A DNA stretch of 64,000 nucleotides, from the IMG/VR virus record IMGVR_UViG_3300049049_000237, positions 127,682 through 191,681 of that record, one strand, 5' to 3'. Positions 39,513-48,425 of this stretch are shown in pieces; the first letter of the stretch is position 1; every line of letters begins with the position of its first letter. The stretch comes from a virus. The notes beneath the pieces were generated by a model. That model was not told the DNA's origin. It ran no database searches and saw only the letters and a list, made by a program, of their open reading frames with translations. The position numbers and the translations under genes are program-made.

Positions 39513-40852
39513 CGGTACACCACCGCCGAGTCCGCACCGCGCGTGAGCGCCGTACCCACCCGCGTGAGGTTGCCCGCGCCGACGAACGGCGCCCACGTCG
39601 CACCCGGCTCGGCTGCGCCGACACGCCACGCCGCGGTGAACGAGCCGCCGCTCGGGATGTCGACCATCTGCCCCGCCGCCACGACAGCCCGCGACCACTC
39701 CGCGATCTGCGCCGGGGTGACGTTGCGCTGCGCGACGCCGACACCCGCGATTCGATCGTACAGAGCGGGCTGCGAGGACGGAGAGCCTCGACGACCGCCG
39801 ACCATGAAGTTGCCGCCGCCCTGCACCGAGGCCGTGACCGCCGACTGGATCACTTCCTGGAACAGCGAGCCGCCGATGTACAACTGCGCACGAAGGTCGG
39901 TGCCGGCGACCGTGATCCCGCGGAGGAACACGGGCAGCCACTTGTTCACCATCGGCGGGTTGAACGACGCGAGCTGACGAAGGTTGGAGCCGCTGTCCGT
40001 CACACGGCCGGTGATGGCTTCGCCGTTGATGATGATGCTCGCGCCGCCGCCGAACCCACCATCGTTGCCGAACAGCATCCGCGTCACGGACTCGCTCGAC
40101 TCCGCGTACACGAGCCCTGCGATGCCCCAGTTGGCCTGACCGGTGATGGGGTCCGACCCCATGTCGTAGTAGCGGTCGACGTCCCACCCAGTGAGGTACG
40201 AAATCGCCGGGAGACCACCACCGCCCGCCGCAGCGGCGACCCACTCGGGCAGGCCCGAGGCGAGCGTCAGAACGTCGCCATCGTTGCCGATCGCGAGACG
40301 TACGAACTCCGACCCGTCGTAGTACAGGAGGTCGCCCGCCTGAGCTCCCGACGGCACGACGATGATGTCGTCGACGGACCCGGGCGACACGAACCACGTG
40401 CCAGCCGCGTTGCGGCGCAGGAACCACGTTCCGAACGCCCCGTCGCTCCCCGGCAGCGTGTACGGCGAAGCCGAGCCGTTGACGGCGAAGCCGGTGAGCC
40501 GGATCGGGTTCGCGTCGCTCGTGCGCTTGTGGATCACGAAGGCGCGATCACCCGCGAACGCACCGAACGCCGGGAGCGCGATGTCCGCCTGCCCGCCGGT
40601 GGTGTCGACATCGACGATGACGTGTGTCGCGAGCAGCGACCCGCCGGCCGACGTGAAGTTGCCGACCGTGACCGAGTAGTTGTTCGGTCCGGGCCCGCCT
40701 CCACCACCGCCGTTGTCGATCTCTTCTTCGATCGAAACGAAGGCGTCTTCTACGTCCGCACGTAGATCCGCGATCTCGCTCCCGAGGGGGTTGCCAGGGC
40801 GGAGGAAGCGCGAACGCTTGGGCTTGTGCGAACCAAAACTTCTCGACGGCAT
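39509..40852 (-). CDS. Fibre-like protein with C-terminal LamG/ConA-like domain
   Basis: GDLLYYDG...RLAIG..G.VL fibre repeat; LYIGG...VGG...D.I...V...QI lectin-like end. Confidence 0.62.
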   Translation of the reverse strand: MPSRSFGSHKPKRSRFLRPGNPLGSEIADLRADVEDAFVSIEEEIDNGGGGGGPGPNNYSVTVGNFTSAGGSLLATHVIVDVDTTGGQADIALPAFGAFAGDRAFVIHKRTSDANPIRLTGFAVNGSASPYTLPGSDGAFGTWFLRRNAAGTWFVSPGSVDDIIVVPSGAQAGDLLYYDGSEFVRLAIGNDGDVLTLASGLPEWVAAAAGGGGLPAISYLTGWDVDRYYDMGSDPITGQANWGIAGLVYAESSESVTRMLFGNDGGFGGGASIIINGEAITGRVTDSGSNLRQLASFNPPMVNKWLPVFLRGITVAGTDLRAQLYIGGSLFQEVIQSAVTASVQGGGNFMVGGRRGSPSSQPALYDRIAGVGVAQRNVTPAQIAEWSRAVVAAGQMVDIPSGGSFTAAWRVGAAEPGATWAPFVGAGNLTRVGTALTRGADSAVVYR

Positions 40853-40859
40853 CAGTTCC

Positions 40860-41087
40860 TCACGTTCCAGCCAGGAAGCTCGTGATGTCGTCAGTCACGA
40901 GCACCTCGGCCTCGGTTGTGTTCTCGCGGGAGAGCCGTTCAGATCCGGTTCGGCCACGAAGCACCGACTTCAAGAACGTAGCTTCGTCCTCGTAGCGCGA
41001 GCGCTCACGCTCGTACCACTCGTCGAGTGCTTCCTTCAGGCGATCGAGCTTCTCGTTCCTCGCCTCGGTGCGGTCATCGGCGGCCAC
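40860..41087 (-). CDS. Small helical hypothetical protein
   Basis: TATACT-N6-GTG start at 41087. Confidence 0.65.
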   Translation of the reverse strand: MAADDRTEARNEKLDRLKEALDEWYERERSRYEDEATFLKSVLRGRTGSERLSRENTTEAEVLVTDDITSFLAGT

Positions 41088-41107
41088 GGCCGAAGTATAC
41101 ACTGAGG

Positions 41108-41136
41108 GGCAAAAGAGAAGGCCCGGAGGCCTTCTC
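41108..41136 (-). terminator. Intrinsic terminator after the sigma factor gene
   Basis: GAGAAGGCC-N4-GGCCTTCTC then TTTTGCC on - strand. Confidence 0.8.
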
Positions 41137-41138
41137 GC

Positions 41139-41930
41139 TCACGGCAGGTACGGCTTCGCCTTCTTGAAGATGGCCGAGCGAAGCTGGTAGACGCGGCTCT
41201 TGTTCATGCCGGTGCGCTTCGCGATTTCAGCCATCGAGGCGGGAGAGCCGTTCGAGGGGAAGAGCTGATCGAAGACCTTCTTCTCCTCGGACGTGAGCAG
41301 CGACGGCATCAGCGAGATGATGCTGCGCATCTGGCTCGGGGCGTGCCCCAGGCTCCCGTCATCGGCCGCCTCGGGGTTCGGGTTGCCGCCGATGTAGTGC
41401 TCAGTCCGGACCTCGACCATCAGGCGCTGGATGTCGTTCGGCTTCACGTCCGGAAGCCGCTGCGAGATCTCGTGGGCTGAGGGCTCACGCCCGAGCTCGT
41501 CGTGGAGCTCGTTCTTCGCGTTCTGGACGCGCTGGTAGAGGTCGACGCGGTTCTTCGGGATGCGGGCGAAGTTGCGGTTCGCGGCCACGAAGTCGGTGAC
41601 GCGCTGAAGCCCCGTGGTCACCCACGTCTGGAGCTTGGCGCCGCCGCTGTCCGGGTTGAAGCTCTCGATGCTCTTCTTCGCTGCGAGTCGGAGCTGGGTC
41701 TCCATCGCGCCGTACGGGATCGACCCGCCGACGCCTCTGGTGCGCGTGCGCGCCTGCTTCTGGATGACGTGCTCGAACGCATCGAGCAGCGGTACGAGGT
41801 CGCGCTCCTGGCGACCTCCCGCATGCCACTTGCGCCAGAGCTCCTCGTGCGGGTCGGCAGACTTCGGCTTCGAGCCGAGCTCCTGACGAGCCGTTCTGTT
41901 GAACTCGGTGATCTTCTTGTTGGTGCTCAT
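41139..41930 (-). CDS. RNA polymerase sigma70-family factor (FliA/SigF-like layout)
   Basis: Region 2 SFNPDSG.AKL.TW, region 3 LGREPS..EIS, region 4 HTH SMAEIAKRTGMNKSRVYQL. Confidence 0.88.
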   Translation of the reverse strand: MSTNKKITEFNRTARQELGSKPKSADPHEELWRKWHAGGRQERDLVPLLDAFEHVIQKQARTRTRGVGGSIPYGAMETQLRLAAKKSIESFNPDSGGAKLQTWVTTGLQRVTDFVAANRNFARIPKNRVDLYQRVQNAKNELHDELGREPSAHEISQRLPDVKPNDIQRLMVEVRTEHYIGGNPNPEAADDGSLGHAPSQMRSIISLMPSLLTSEEKKVFDQLFPSNGSPASMAEIAKRTGMNKSRVYQLRSAIFKKAKPYLP

Positions 41931-42235
41931 CACTTCGTCGCGGCGTTGTGCCGACCGACGGCCTGAGCTGCCGCAGACGCGCCGGAAATCTCCGACACCT
42001 TGTCGTGAAGGAGACGTCCGATCGTGCCGCGGAGATCGGCCACCGACGGCTGGAAGTTGGTGAATGCGCGACGGAGCTCTCCCTGCCGGGTCTCCTCGGC
42101 ACGTTCGCGCGTGAGCGGCGTGAACGGCTCCGGATGGTTCTGCACCGACGGGCTCTCGCCCGGCGGCTGGATGCTGTTCGTTCCCGACACGACGCTCTCG
42201 TTGAGAGCGAGCTCCATCGCCAGCTTGCTGATCAT
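41930..42235 (-). CDS. Hypothetical protein coupled to the sigma gene
   Basis: AAGGA SD, MISKLAMEL..., TGATG overlap. Confidence 0.7.
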   Translation of the reverse strand: MISKLAMELALNESVVSGTNSIQPPGESPSVQNHPEPFTPLTRERAEETRQGELRRAFTNFQPSVADLRGTIGRLLHDKVSEISGASAAAQAVGRHNAATK

Positions 42236-42261
42236 GGGTCGTCCTTCTTCTGATAGGGGAT

Positions 42262-42948
42262 TCAGGCCTTGAAGGTGGTCATCGCGTCGCCGACGCTGCG
42301 GCGCGGATTCATCGCGATCCCACTGGCGGAGTTGGTCACGCCCGACTTCGCCGCGATCGGGGTGACCCCGACGCGCTGGCCCTTGTTGGTCGAACTCCGC
42401 ACCTTCGGGCTCGGGGCGGCGAGGCCCGTGCCCGTCGCAGGCGCGGTCACGCCCGGCATGTTGGCGAGCTTGTCCGCGTGCTGGTCGAGGTATCCCTGCA
42501 CGGTCTTGCGGGCTCGGTGGAGGTCGATGCCCTCCTTCGCCGCTGCGATGACGCCGCCGCCCAGGCCCGTCGTGAGCGCCTTCGCCGCCACTTCGCCTGA
42601 CGTCAGCGCTCCGACTGCGCTCGCGCCCCCAGCGAGCCGCGCACGCAGCCCGCCGTGTGCATCGACGAAGCCCCTGGTGAACTTGCCGCCGGCATCGATC
42701 ACGGGCGCAGCCGCACCAGCCATCGTCGCCGTCTGACCGATCGTACGCCACGGGCGAGGACGCTGGAGCTTCGTCGCTGCCTCCTGCACGTCGATGTCGC
42801 TGATGTCCGCCATCTTTCGCAGTTCATCTGCGAAGGCGGACATCTTCGCCGACTCGCTGAGCGTGTCGATGTTGGTGGGGATCGAGCCCTTGCGGGACTT
42901 CGATGCACCACGAGGAACATCGAGACCGTGGTTGGCCGGTGTCGTCAC
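42262..42948 (-). CDS. Putative internal virion protein
   Basis: AFADELRKMA and DKLA motifs, Gly/Ala-rich helices. Confidence 0.6.
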   Translation of the reverse strand: MTTPANHGLDVPRGASKSRKGSIPTNIDTLSESAKMSAFADELRKMADISDIDVQEAATKLQRPRPWRTIGQTATMAGAAAPVIDAGGKFTRGFVDAHGGLRARLAGGASAVGALTSGEVAAKALTTGLGGGVIAAAKEGIDLHRARKTVQGYLDQHADKLANMPGVTAPATGTGLAAPSPKVRSSTNKGQRVGVTPIAAKSGVTNSASGIAMNPRRSVGDAMTTFKA

Positions 42949-42957
42949 GTTGGAAGC

Positions 42958-45900
42958 CTATCCGAGGATGCCGCGTGTAGCCAAGATGGCGTGGACGTAG
43001 CGAAGCACCGCGAGGCGCTTCTCCTTCCGCGTGTCCATCCGTTGAGCGCGCTGGGCATCTCGTGCAGCGCGCTGTTGGGATGCCGGATCGGAAGCGTCTT
43101 CTTCATCCATCGTCGTGAGGCCGAGGATCGTCTGCGGACGCCTCTCTCCATCGACGCTTCGGATGAGCTGACGCAGATCGTCGAAGTCGCCGAACGCACG
43201 GCTGTGGAAGCCCTCCACTCCGCGCACGACCTCGCCGTTGTCGTCGATCTCCAAGTTGGCGGTGCCGAACATGTCGACCATCGACGCGATGCGCCTCCAC
43301 GTGTACGAGCGCAGGAAGTCGTCGACGTCGAAGCGGTTGCGCTTGATCGCCGAGTACGAGTCGACGAGAGACGTGACGGCCTCCTCGATCGAGCCACGTC
43401 CGGGGATCTCTCCGACGCGTGTCGAGTCGCCGGGCTCGCCGGGAGCTCCCACGACTTCCGGTCGCTGACTGTCGAGGAACTCCGGCTCGGTCTCGGGCCT
43501 CGTCACGTGCGGCTGCGTGGTGTCCCCCGTCGACGCCGTCGAACGGAGAATCCCATCAACTTCTTCTTGCGTCAGCGTCGCCGAGCGACCGGTGGGATCC
43601 ACGATGATGGTGGGATCCACGATCGAGCCCGTGCCGAAGAAGTACCCGTAGAGGGCACCGATGTTCTGGCTCCGGTAGTGCTCGCCGTACCAGGGCGGGA
43701 ACGTGAGGTCCTCGGCCGGCAGATCCACCGACTCGCGTCGGTAGACACCGAGACGCTCGGTGATGCGGTACGCGCGGAAGGTCACCTCGACCTCCGTGAG
43801 CGTCGCCTCATCACCGGCGTTCCCGGTGCCCTGGGCGCTCACGAACGACGACTGCGTGCCCCCAACGCTCCCGACGAGCGCTGCGACTTCAGGAACGGAG
43901 GATGCCGGTACGGGGGTGCCCACGATGACGCGGGTGCCCCGCGTGCGGCCCGTTCGGGGACCGGGGATGAAGAGGGGAAGCCGCGACCGCGAGACGTAGC
44001 GCTGCTGGCCCGTCGCAGATGTCGAGCGGCGTCCACGCACCGGCCGTGCTCGCTGATCGCGCTGGTACTCGTCCGTGACGTCTTCGATCCGGAGAATCTC
44101 CCCACCACGCGGACCTACCGTCCCTTCCCCCGGGGGCTCGATCATCGCGACGACAGTCCTCGTCTCGATGTTCCGAGTGCGCCGGTAGCGACGCACCTGG
44201 TATCGATCATCACCCAGGAACTCGGTGCGCTCGTCGGTGACGCGCGCGTACGCCATCTGCACCTGCGTCGTGCCGCCCGTCTCGGCGGAGATGCTGTGCG
44301 TGATCGCTGCGGGGGTGCCGAGGTAGTGGCTGTTGGGCTGCTGCTCCGTCAGCTCGCGGACGAGCTCGTCGACGCGAGTCTCTTCGAGCTCAAGCTGCCG
44401 CTGACGCTCTTCCTCGGGGAGGTTCGAGCCGACGCCGGTGCCTTCGCCCTCGCGGCTCTGCTGCGCGATGCGGCGTGCGATCTCCAGGTCGACTTCGACA
44501 TCGGAGGAGTTGATGAGGTCGCGCGACTTGTACTTGTCGACGACGAGAGCAGGGAACCCGAGGACACAGAACGGGTTGAACTTGCCGGCCAGCACGAGCT
44601 GCCTGCTGCGGAAGCGGTACTGGAAGAAGATGTGGTTCGCCGCGAGCTGCGCATACCCGACGCGCACGCCGTCGATCATGATCGAACCGCCACGCAACGC
44701 GTGCAGGTTCAAGTCGCTCATGCGCTCGAACTTCGGGATGATCCCGGTGAAGAGCTCGTGGTCCATCATGTCGCGGACGAACCACGCCGGGGCATCAGCG
44801 AGATCGGGCGGCTCCACACCGACACGGCCACGGCCGATGTCCGCTCCCGTGCGCACGCCGAGGACCTTGTTCGGGGCCATGTAGTAGCCGTCGAACAAGA
44901 AGTCGGAGCCGAAGAACGCGGAGTGGGTGCGCAGCATGAGCCGCGAGACCTCCTCCATGTACTGCCGGCTGTACGAGAAGTTCGAGTAGAGCTCGGGGAA
45001 GAAGACGTTGCAGCGCGGCGGCGCGACCATCCAGACGTCCGGCCGGTAGATCTGCTGGAGCAGGCGAGGCGGAGGGTCGGGCTGCTGCGTGTTGCTGCGC
45101 ACGCGACGACGCACCTCGGCGTTGCAGACCTCCTCCATGTCCGCCGCGATCTGCTCGCAGAGCAACGTGAGCTCCTGCGCCTCGGGCGTCCCGGGCGGGA
45201 AGAACGTGTTGCTCCGGACGTCCATGCGCTGAGCTCGGCGCGTGGAGTTGTCCTTCATGCGGTCGAAGCGCTCCTGCGCGACGACGAACTTCTGGTGGAT
45301 CTGGAGGTTGCTCACGAACGTGGTGCGCTCACGCACCGCGAGACGACGAGACAGGCCTCCTGCGCGGCCGCACGTGCGCGACAGACGATCGAGCTCGTTC
45401 GCGAGGCCGCCGTTGCGCTGCGAAAGACGACGAGCATCTTCGGGCGTCGTCGAGTCCGCCTGCCGCTGCTTCAGGTCGAGGGCCCGCTGCTTCACGAGGC
45501 GTGCTGCGCGGATGACCTCCGTGTAGCTCGACTCGCTGGTGATGGGTGCCGTCTCGAACTGCGGCCTGTTCGGGTCGACCAGCGCCGGGATGAAGTGCGG
45601 CGAGGTGACGGGAATCACCTCGTGGAAGATGTAGCGCTGGAGCGCGTTGAGGACGTCGCGGATCGAGACCTGCCGACCCAGGCCCGACAGCGCGCGGCGG
45701 AAGAGACTCCCGAAGCCGTTCGCGTGGAGCAGACGCACTTCGTTCTGCTGCTCGAACGGGTTCGCCCCAACCATCTGCGTGATCTTCAGCCGGAGCTCGG
45801 CGAGGCTGAAGAAGTCGTTCACGCCGCGGATCGCACGCTGCCCGTACGTCACACCGCCGATCGCTTCGATGAGGTGCACGACCGCGCCGAGCAGCGTGCC

Positions 45901-46509
45901 CCGCAGGTTCGGGTAGCTGCGGGGTGCCGTGTTCATCAGGCCCGTGACGATGTCCGCGTTTCCCTCCAAGAAGGAGTTGAACACGTTGGTCGCAGCGCCC
46001 GTGAAGGCTGCCCGGATGCCACCGCCCCCAAGCTCGAACCCGTTCACCTGGTACTGGAACGCGTAGTCCCAGTACATCGAGAAGTCCATGCACTGGAGCA
46101 CGATGCTTCGCGACGTCGGCGTCTTGTCCATGCCGAAGCCCACGAGCTCGCCTGCGAAGAGCAGACGGTAGTTCTCGTTCTCCAGGTCAGCCGCTTCTTG
46201 AGCGTCCGTGACCTCCAGCCTCTCAGGTGGGATGATCCCGTCGAGCTCTGGATCGCGCTCGCGGGTATCGATCGCCATGTTCTCGCCCGCGACCCACGCG
46301 CGCTCCGTCGGCGGAGCACCTCGATAGAAGTCGTAGAAGAACAGGTGGATCAGCGTACGCGGCTTGAGTTGAAGCGCGTAGTCGTTCGCCGGGATCTGGA
46401 TCGATGCGACAGCGGGCTGGTTGGGTTGCGACTGCACCACAGCCGAGATCACAGGGATCTCGATGCCCTCTGCGAAGCAACGAAGATGCAGTCTCTGTGC
46501 GATCGTCAC
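42958..46509 (-). CDS. Large tail/baseplate hub-like protein
   Basis: 1183 aa near the tape measure; LLFAGE...SIVLQC.D N-terminus and G.FNP....GFP..V motif. Confidence 0.6.
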   Translation of the reverse strand: MTIAQRLHLRCFAEGIEIPVISAVVQSQPNQPAVASIQIPANDYALQLKPRTLIHLFFYDFYRGAPPTERAWVAGENMAIDTRERDPELDGIIPPERLEVTDAQEAADLENENYRLLFAGELVGFGMDKTPTSRSIVLQCMDFSMYWDYAFQYQVNGFELGGGGIRAAFTGAATNVFNSFLEGNADIVTGLMNTAPRSYPNLRGTLLGAVVHLIEAIGGVTYGQRAIRGVNDFFSLAELRLKITQMVGANPFEQQNEVRLLHANGFGSLFRRALSGLGRQVSIRDVLNALQRYIFHEVIPVTSPHFIPALVDPNRPQFETAPITSESSYTEVIRAARLVKQRALDLKQRQADSTTPEDARRLSQRNGGLANELDRLSRTCGRAGGLSRRLAVRERTTFVSNLQIHQKFVVAQERFDRMKDNSTRRAQRMDVRSNTFFPPGTPEAQELTLLCEQIAADMEEVCNAEVRRRVRSNTQQPDPPPRLLQQIYRPDVWMVAPPRCNVFFPELYSNFSYSRQYMEEVSRLMLRTHSAFFGSDFLFDGYYMAPNKVLGVRTGADIGRGRVGVEPPDLADAPAWFVRDMMDHELFTGIIPKFERMSDLNLHALRGGSIMIDGVRVGYAQLAANHIFFQYRFRSRQLVLAGKFNPFCVLGFPALVVDKYKSRDLINSSDVEVDLEIARRIAQQSREGEGTGVGSNLPEEERQRQLELEETRVDELVRELTEQQPNSHYLGTPAAITHSISAETGGTTQVQMAYARVTDERTEFLGDDRYQVRRYRRTRNIETRTVVAMIEPPGEGTVGPRGGEILRIEDVTDEYQRDQRARPVRGRRSTSATGQQRYVSRSRLPLFIPGPRTGRTRGTRVIVGTPVPASSVPEVAALVGSVGGTQSSFVSAQGTGNAGDEATLTEVEVTFRAYRITERLGVYRRESVDLPAEDLTFPPWYGEHYRSQNIGALYGYFFGTGSIVDPTIIVDPTGRSATLTQEEVDGILRSTASTGDTTQPHVTRPETEPEFLDSQRPEVVGAPGEPGDSTRVGEIPGRGSIEEAVTSLVDSYSAIKRNRFDVDDFLRSYTWRRIASMVDMFGTANLEIDDNGEVVRGVEGFHSRAFGDFDDLRQLIRSVDGERRPQTILGLTTMDEEDASDPASQQRAARDAQRAQRMDTRKEKRLAVLRYVHAILATRGILG

Positions 46510-46543
46510 GCCAGGAGCCTACGTGAATACCGTGGAAAAAGCA

Positions 46544-46560
46544 CCTATCAGCAACATGAA
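46544..46560 (+). promoter_or_regulatory. CCTATCA-class putative promoter of the tRNA cassette
   Basis: CCTATCAGCAACATGAA. Confidence 0.6.
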
Positions 46561-46699
46561 GGAGACGGAGGGCCCCGACGCCCTCCGTGACGAAGACATG
46601 GGGAACATCGGGGGCGCTCTTCGCATCTGCATCGCGGTCGACGCGATGCTCATCTTCATCTTCACCGTCACGTTCATCGTCATCAGGCACTGCGCCTGA
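46556..46699 (+). CDS. 47-aa single-TM membrane protein
   Basis: MKETEGPD...ICIAVDAMLIFIFTVTFIVIRHCA; ATG lies within the promoter motif. Confidence 0.6.
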   Translation: MKETEGPDALRDEDMGNIGGALRICIAVDAMLIFIFTVTFIVIRHCA

Positions 46700-46709
46700 A
46701 GAGGCCACA

Positions 46710-46748
46710 ATGCACTTCACAGCGAACACCAACAACACACAGATGTAG
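46710..46748 (+). CDS. Putative attenuator leader peptide MHFTANTNNTQM
   Basis: GAGG SD 5 nt upstream; three AAC (Asn) codons within four positions; stop codon inside a hairpin. Confidence 0.7.
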   Translation: MHFTANTNNTQM

Positions 46749-46771
46749 TCTATCTGTGAACATGATGTTCT

Positions 46772-46798
46772 AGGACAGGGCGCCCGCCCTGTTCTTTT
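46772..46798 (+). terminator. Attenuator/terminator hairpin upstream of the tRNA
   Basis: AGGACAGGGC-GCCC-GCCCTGTTCT stem followed by TTT. Confidence 0.8.
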
Positions 46799-46839
46799 GC
46801 CTCTTGACCTCCGACGCGAGCTGGGGCACACCGATCCGC

Positions 46840-46912
46840 GGTGCGGTAGCTCAGTGGTCAGAGCGTCTGACTGTTAGCCAGAGGGTCCCTGGTTCAAGTC
46901 CAGGCCGCATCG
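46840..46912 (+). tRNA. tRNA-Asn (GTT), CCA not encoded
   Basis: GGTGCGG/CCGCATC acceptor stem, GCTC/GAGC D-arm, TCTGA-CTGTTAG-CCAGA anticodon arm, CCTGG-TTCAAGT-CCAGG T-arm, G73. Confidence 0.93.
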
Positions 46913-46913
46913 T

Positions 46914-46957
46914 GCCCCGGGCCGGTTCAGCCCCCAGACCGGTTCGGGGCTTCTTTT
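46914..46957 (+). terminator. Terminator after the tRNA
   Basis: GCCCCGGGCCGGT...ACCGGTTCGGGGC then TTCTTTT. Confidence 0.75.
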
Positions 46958-48209
46958 ATCCGTCGAGCAGATCGACGGCACCCTGCGGCAACGACGCTGC
47001 GCTGCCAGCGAGGTTGAGCTCGCCGTCGACCTGGCGGATGCCGAACGAGCCGATGACCTGAAGGCCCGCGAACGCAGCACGTCCGAGGAGCAGGTACTCC
47101 GAGCTCGGACGATCGACGTTCAGCCCGAGTGCCTGGAGCTTCTCACGTGCGACGCGGTTGAGCTCTTCCGGGCTCCGGAGCTTCAGCAGCTCCTTGACGC
47201 GGTCGAGTTCCTGTTGGTCGTACGAGGGCTCGGCCTCCTCGTTGATGTAAGCCGTGTACTCGTCCTTCTGCTTCCAGATCGGAACGCGATCACCCTGCGA
47301 TCCCTGAGCTCGCAGCGAAGACGCCTTGTTCTGGATGTCGGGGACGTAGAGCTGGTTGCCGAGCCCGCGATTCGGGAACGCGAGGCTGCGCCCGTAGAGC
47401 GTGTTCTGCGCGTTCTCCAGCGCCTTCTGGATCGTGAAGCTCGCCTCGTTGAAGAACTTCGACGCTTCCGCGAGGAAGCCGCCGAGGCTGTCCTGCGATG
47501 CGGCGTCGGACACGGCACCCTCGGCCACATCCTCTTCGTCGGGGAGCGCCACGGTGGACGTCTCGCCGGGTACGCGATCGGTCTCTTCCATCCCGTCGTG
47601 CAGCGGCGTGAAGATGCTGCCGACGTCGCCGATGATCGAGTAGTTGGTGCAGAAGACCTGGAACTGGAGCGGCAGCTTGTACGGGTCGTCGACCGTAGCC
47701 GTCGCGCTCGCCTGGAGCATGTAGCCCTCGATCACGACGTCGTCGTAGTAGAGGTACATGCGGGCGTTGCGCTCCAGCAGCTTCGTGCCTCGCAGCGTCT
47801 CCTCGTAGTTCTTCCACCACTCGGACTTCCAGTTGAAGTTCCGGGTGTTCATCAGCACCGCCGAGAACGTGTAGATGCGCGGACGCTCTCCGAAGAAGAA
47901 GATGTAGTCCTCGCCGAACGTCTCGACGATCTGCTGCTTCTCGACGCGCTGCTCCTGCACCGCCTGGAGGATGAAGTTCGAGTACTCGTTGCTCTGGCCG
48001 ATCCCGTTCACGTCGAACGAGCTGCTCGAATCGAGGAGCGGGATCGGGCGGTTCAGGGCGTCGAGGACCTTGATGGTCGCGTACGTGTCCTTCTTCACCT
48101 CGATGCCGCGCAAGGGCCGGCGCACGTTCTGGCGGGCGCGCGACTCCCTCGACGCCTCGTTGAAGACGTCCTCGAAGGGAGAAGTGGTCACGCTCATGAA
48201 GACGGCCAT
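46956..48209 (-). CDS. Tail-associated protein downstream of the tape measure
   Basis: 417 aa; QIVETFG...FFGE.P..Y.FS..L pattern reminiscent of tube-initiator folds. Confidence 0.6.
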   Translation of the reverse strand: MAVFMSVTTSPFEDVFNEASRESRARQNVRRPLRGIEVKKDTYATIKVLDALNRPIPLLDSSSSFDVNGIGQSNEYSNFILQAVQEQRVEKQQIVETFGEDYIFFFGERPRIYTFSAVLMNTRNFNWKSEWWKNYEETLRGTKLLERNARMYLYYDDVVIEGYMLQASATATVDDPYKLPLQFQVFCTNYSIIGDVGSIFTPLHDGMEETDRVPGETSTVALPDEEDVAEGAVSDAASQDSLGGFLAEASKFFNEASFTIQKALENAQNTLYGRSLAFPNRGLGNQLYVPDIQNKASSLRAQGSQGDRVPIWKQKDEYTAYINEEAEPSYDQQELDRVKELLKLRSPEELNRVAREKLQALGLNVDRPSSEYLLLGRAAFAGLQVIGSFGIRQVDGELNLAGSAASLPQGAVDLLDG

Positions 48210-48216
48210 TGGCTCC

Positions 48217-48417
48217 TCACACGAAGAGGTTCGACTTGATGATCCAGTCCTTCACTTCGCGAGGGACGGGCTCGTGGAGCTTCTCGCCGGTCTTCACTCG
48301 GTGAAGGGCCGCAGCGAGGCCCACGTCGTAGCAGTCCTCGACGCCGACCGAATCGTACGCGGTGATCGTGACCTTGCGGTCGTTCACCATGAAGTTGAGT
48401 ACAGCCTTGGTGCGCAT
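48217..48417 (-). CDS. Small hypothetical protein
   Basis: GAGGT SD, fills the gap. Confidence 0.7.
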   Translation of the reverse strand: MRTKAVLNFMVNDRKVTITAYDSVGVEDCYDVGLAAALHRVKTGEKLHEPVPREVKDWIIKSNLFV

Positions 48418-48425
48418 GGTTCACC

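Noticed and set aside
42655-46590. Very long + strand ORFs (also 28740-32051, 49305-52175, 24342-26798)
   Set aside because: Antisense shadows of real - strand genes caused by high GC3; the translations are R/V/H-rich and carry no motifs.
46804-46835. Independent sigma70 promoter for the tRNA (TTGACC at 46804)
   Set aside because: No TAnnnT at 16-18 nt spacing (the region reads GCACACCG). It cannot be fully excluded and remains the main alternative to attenuation.
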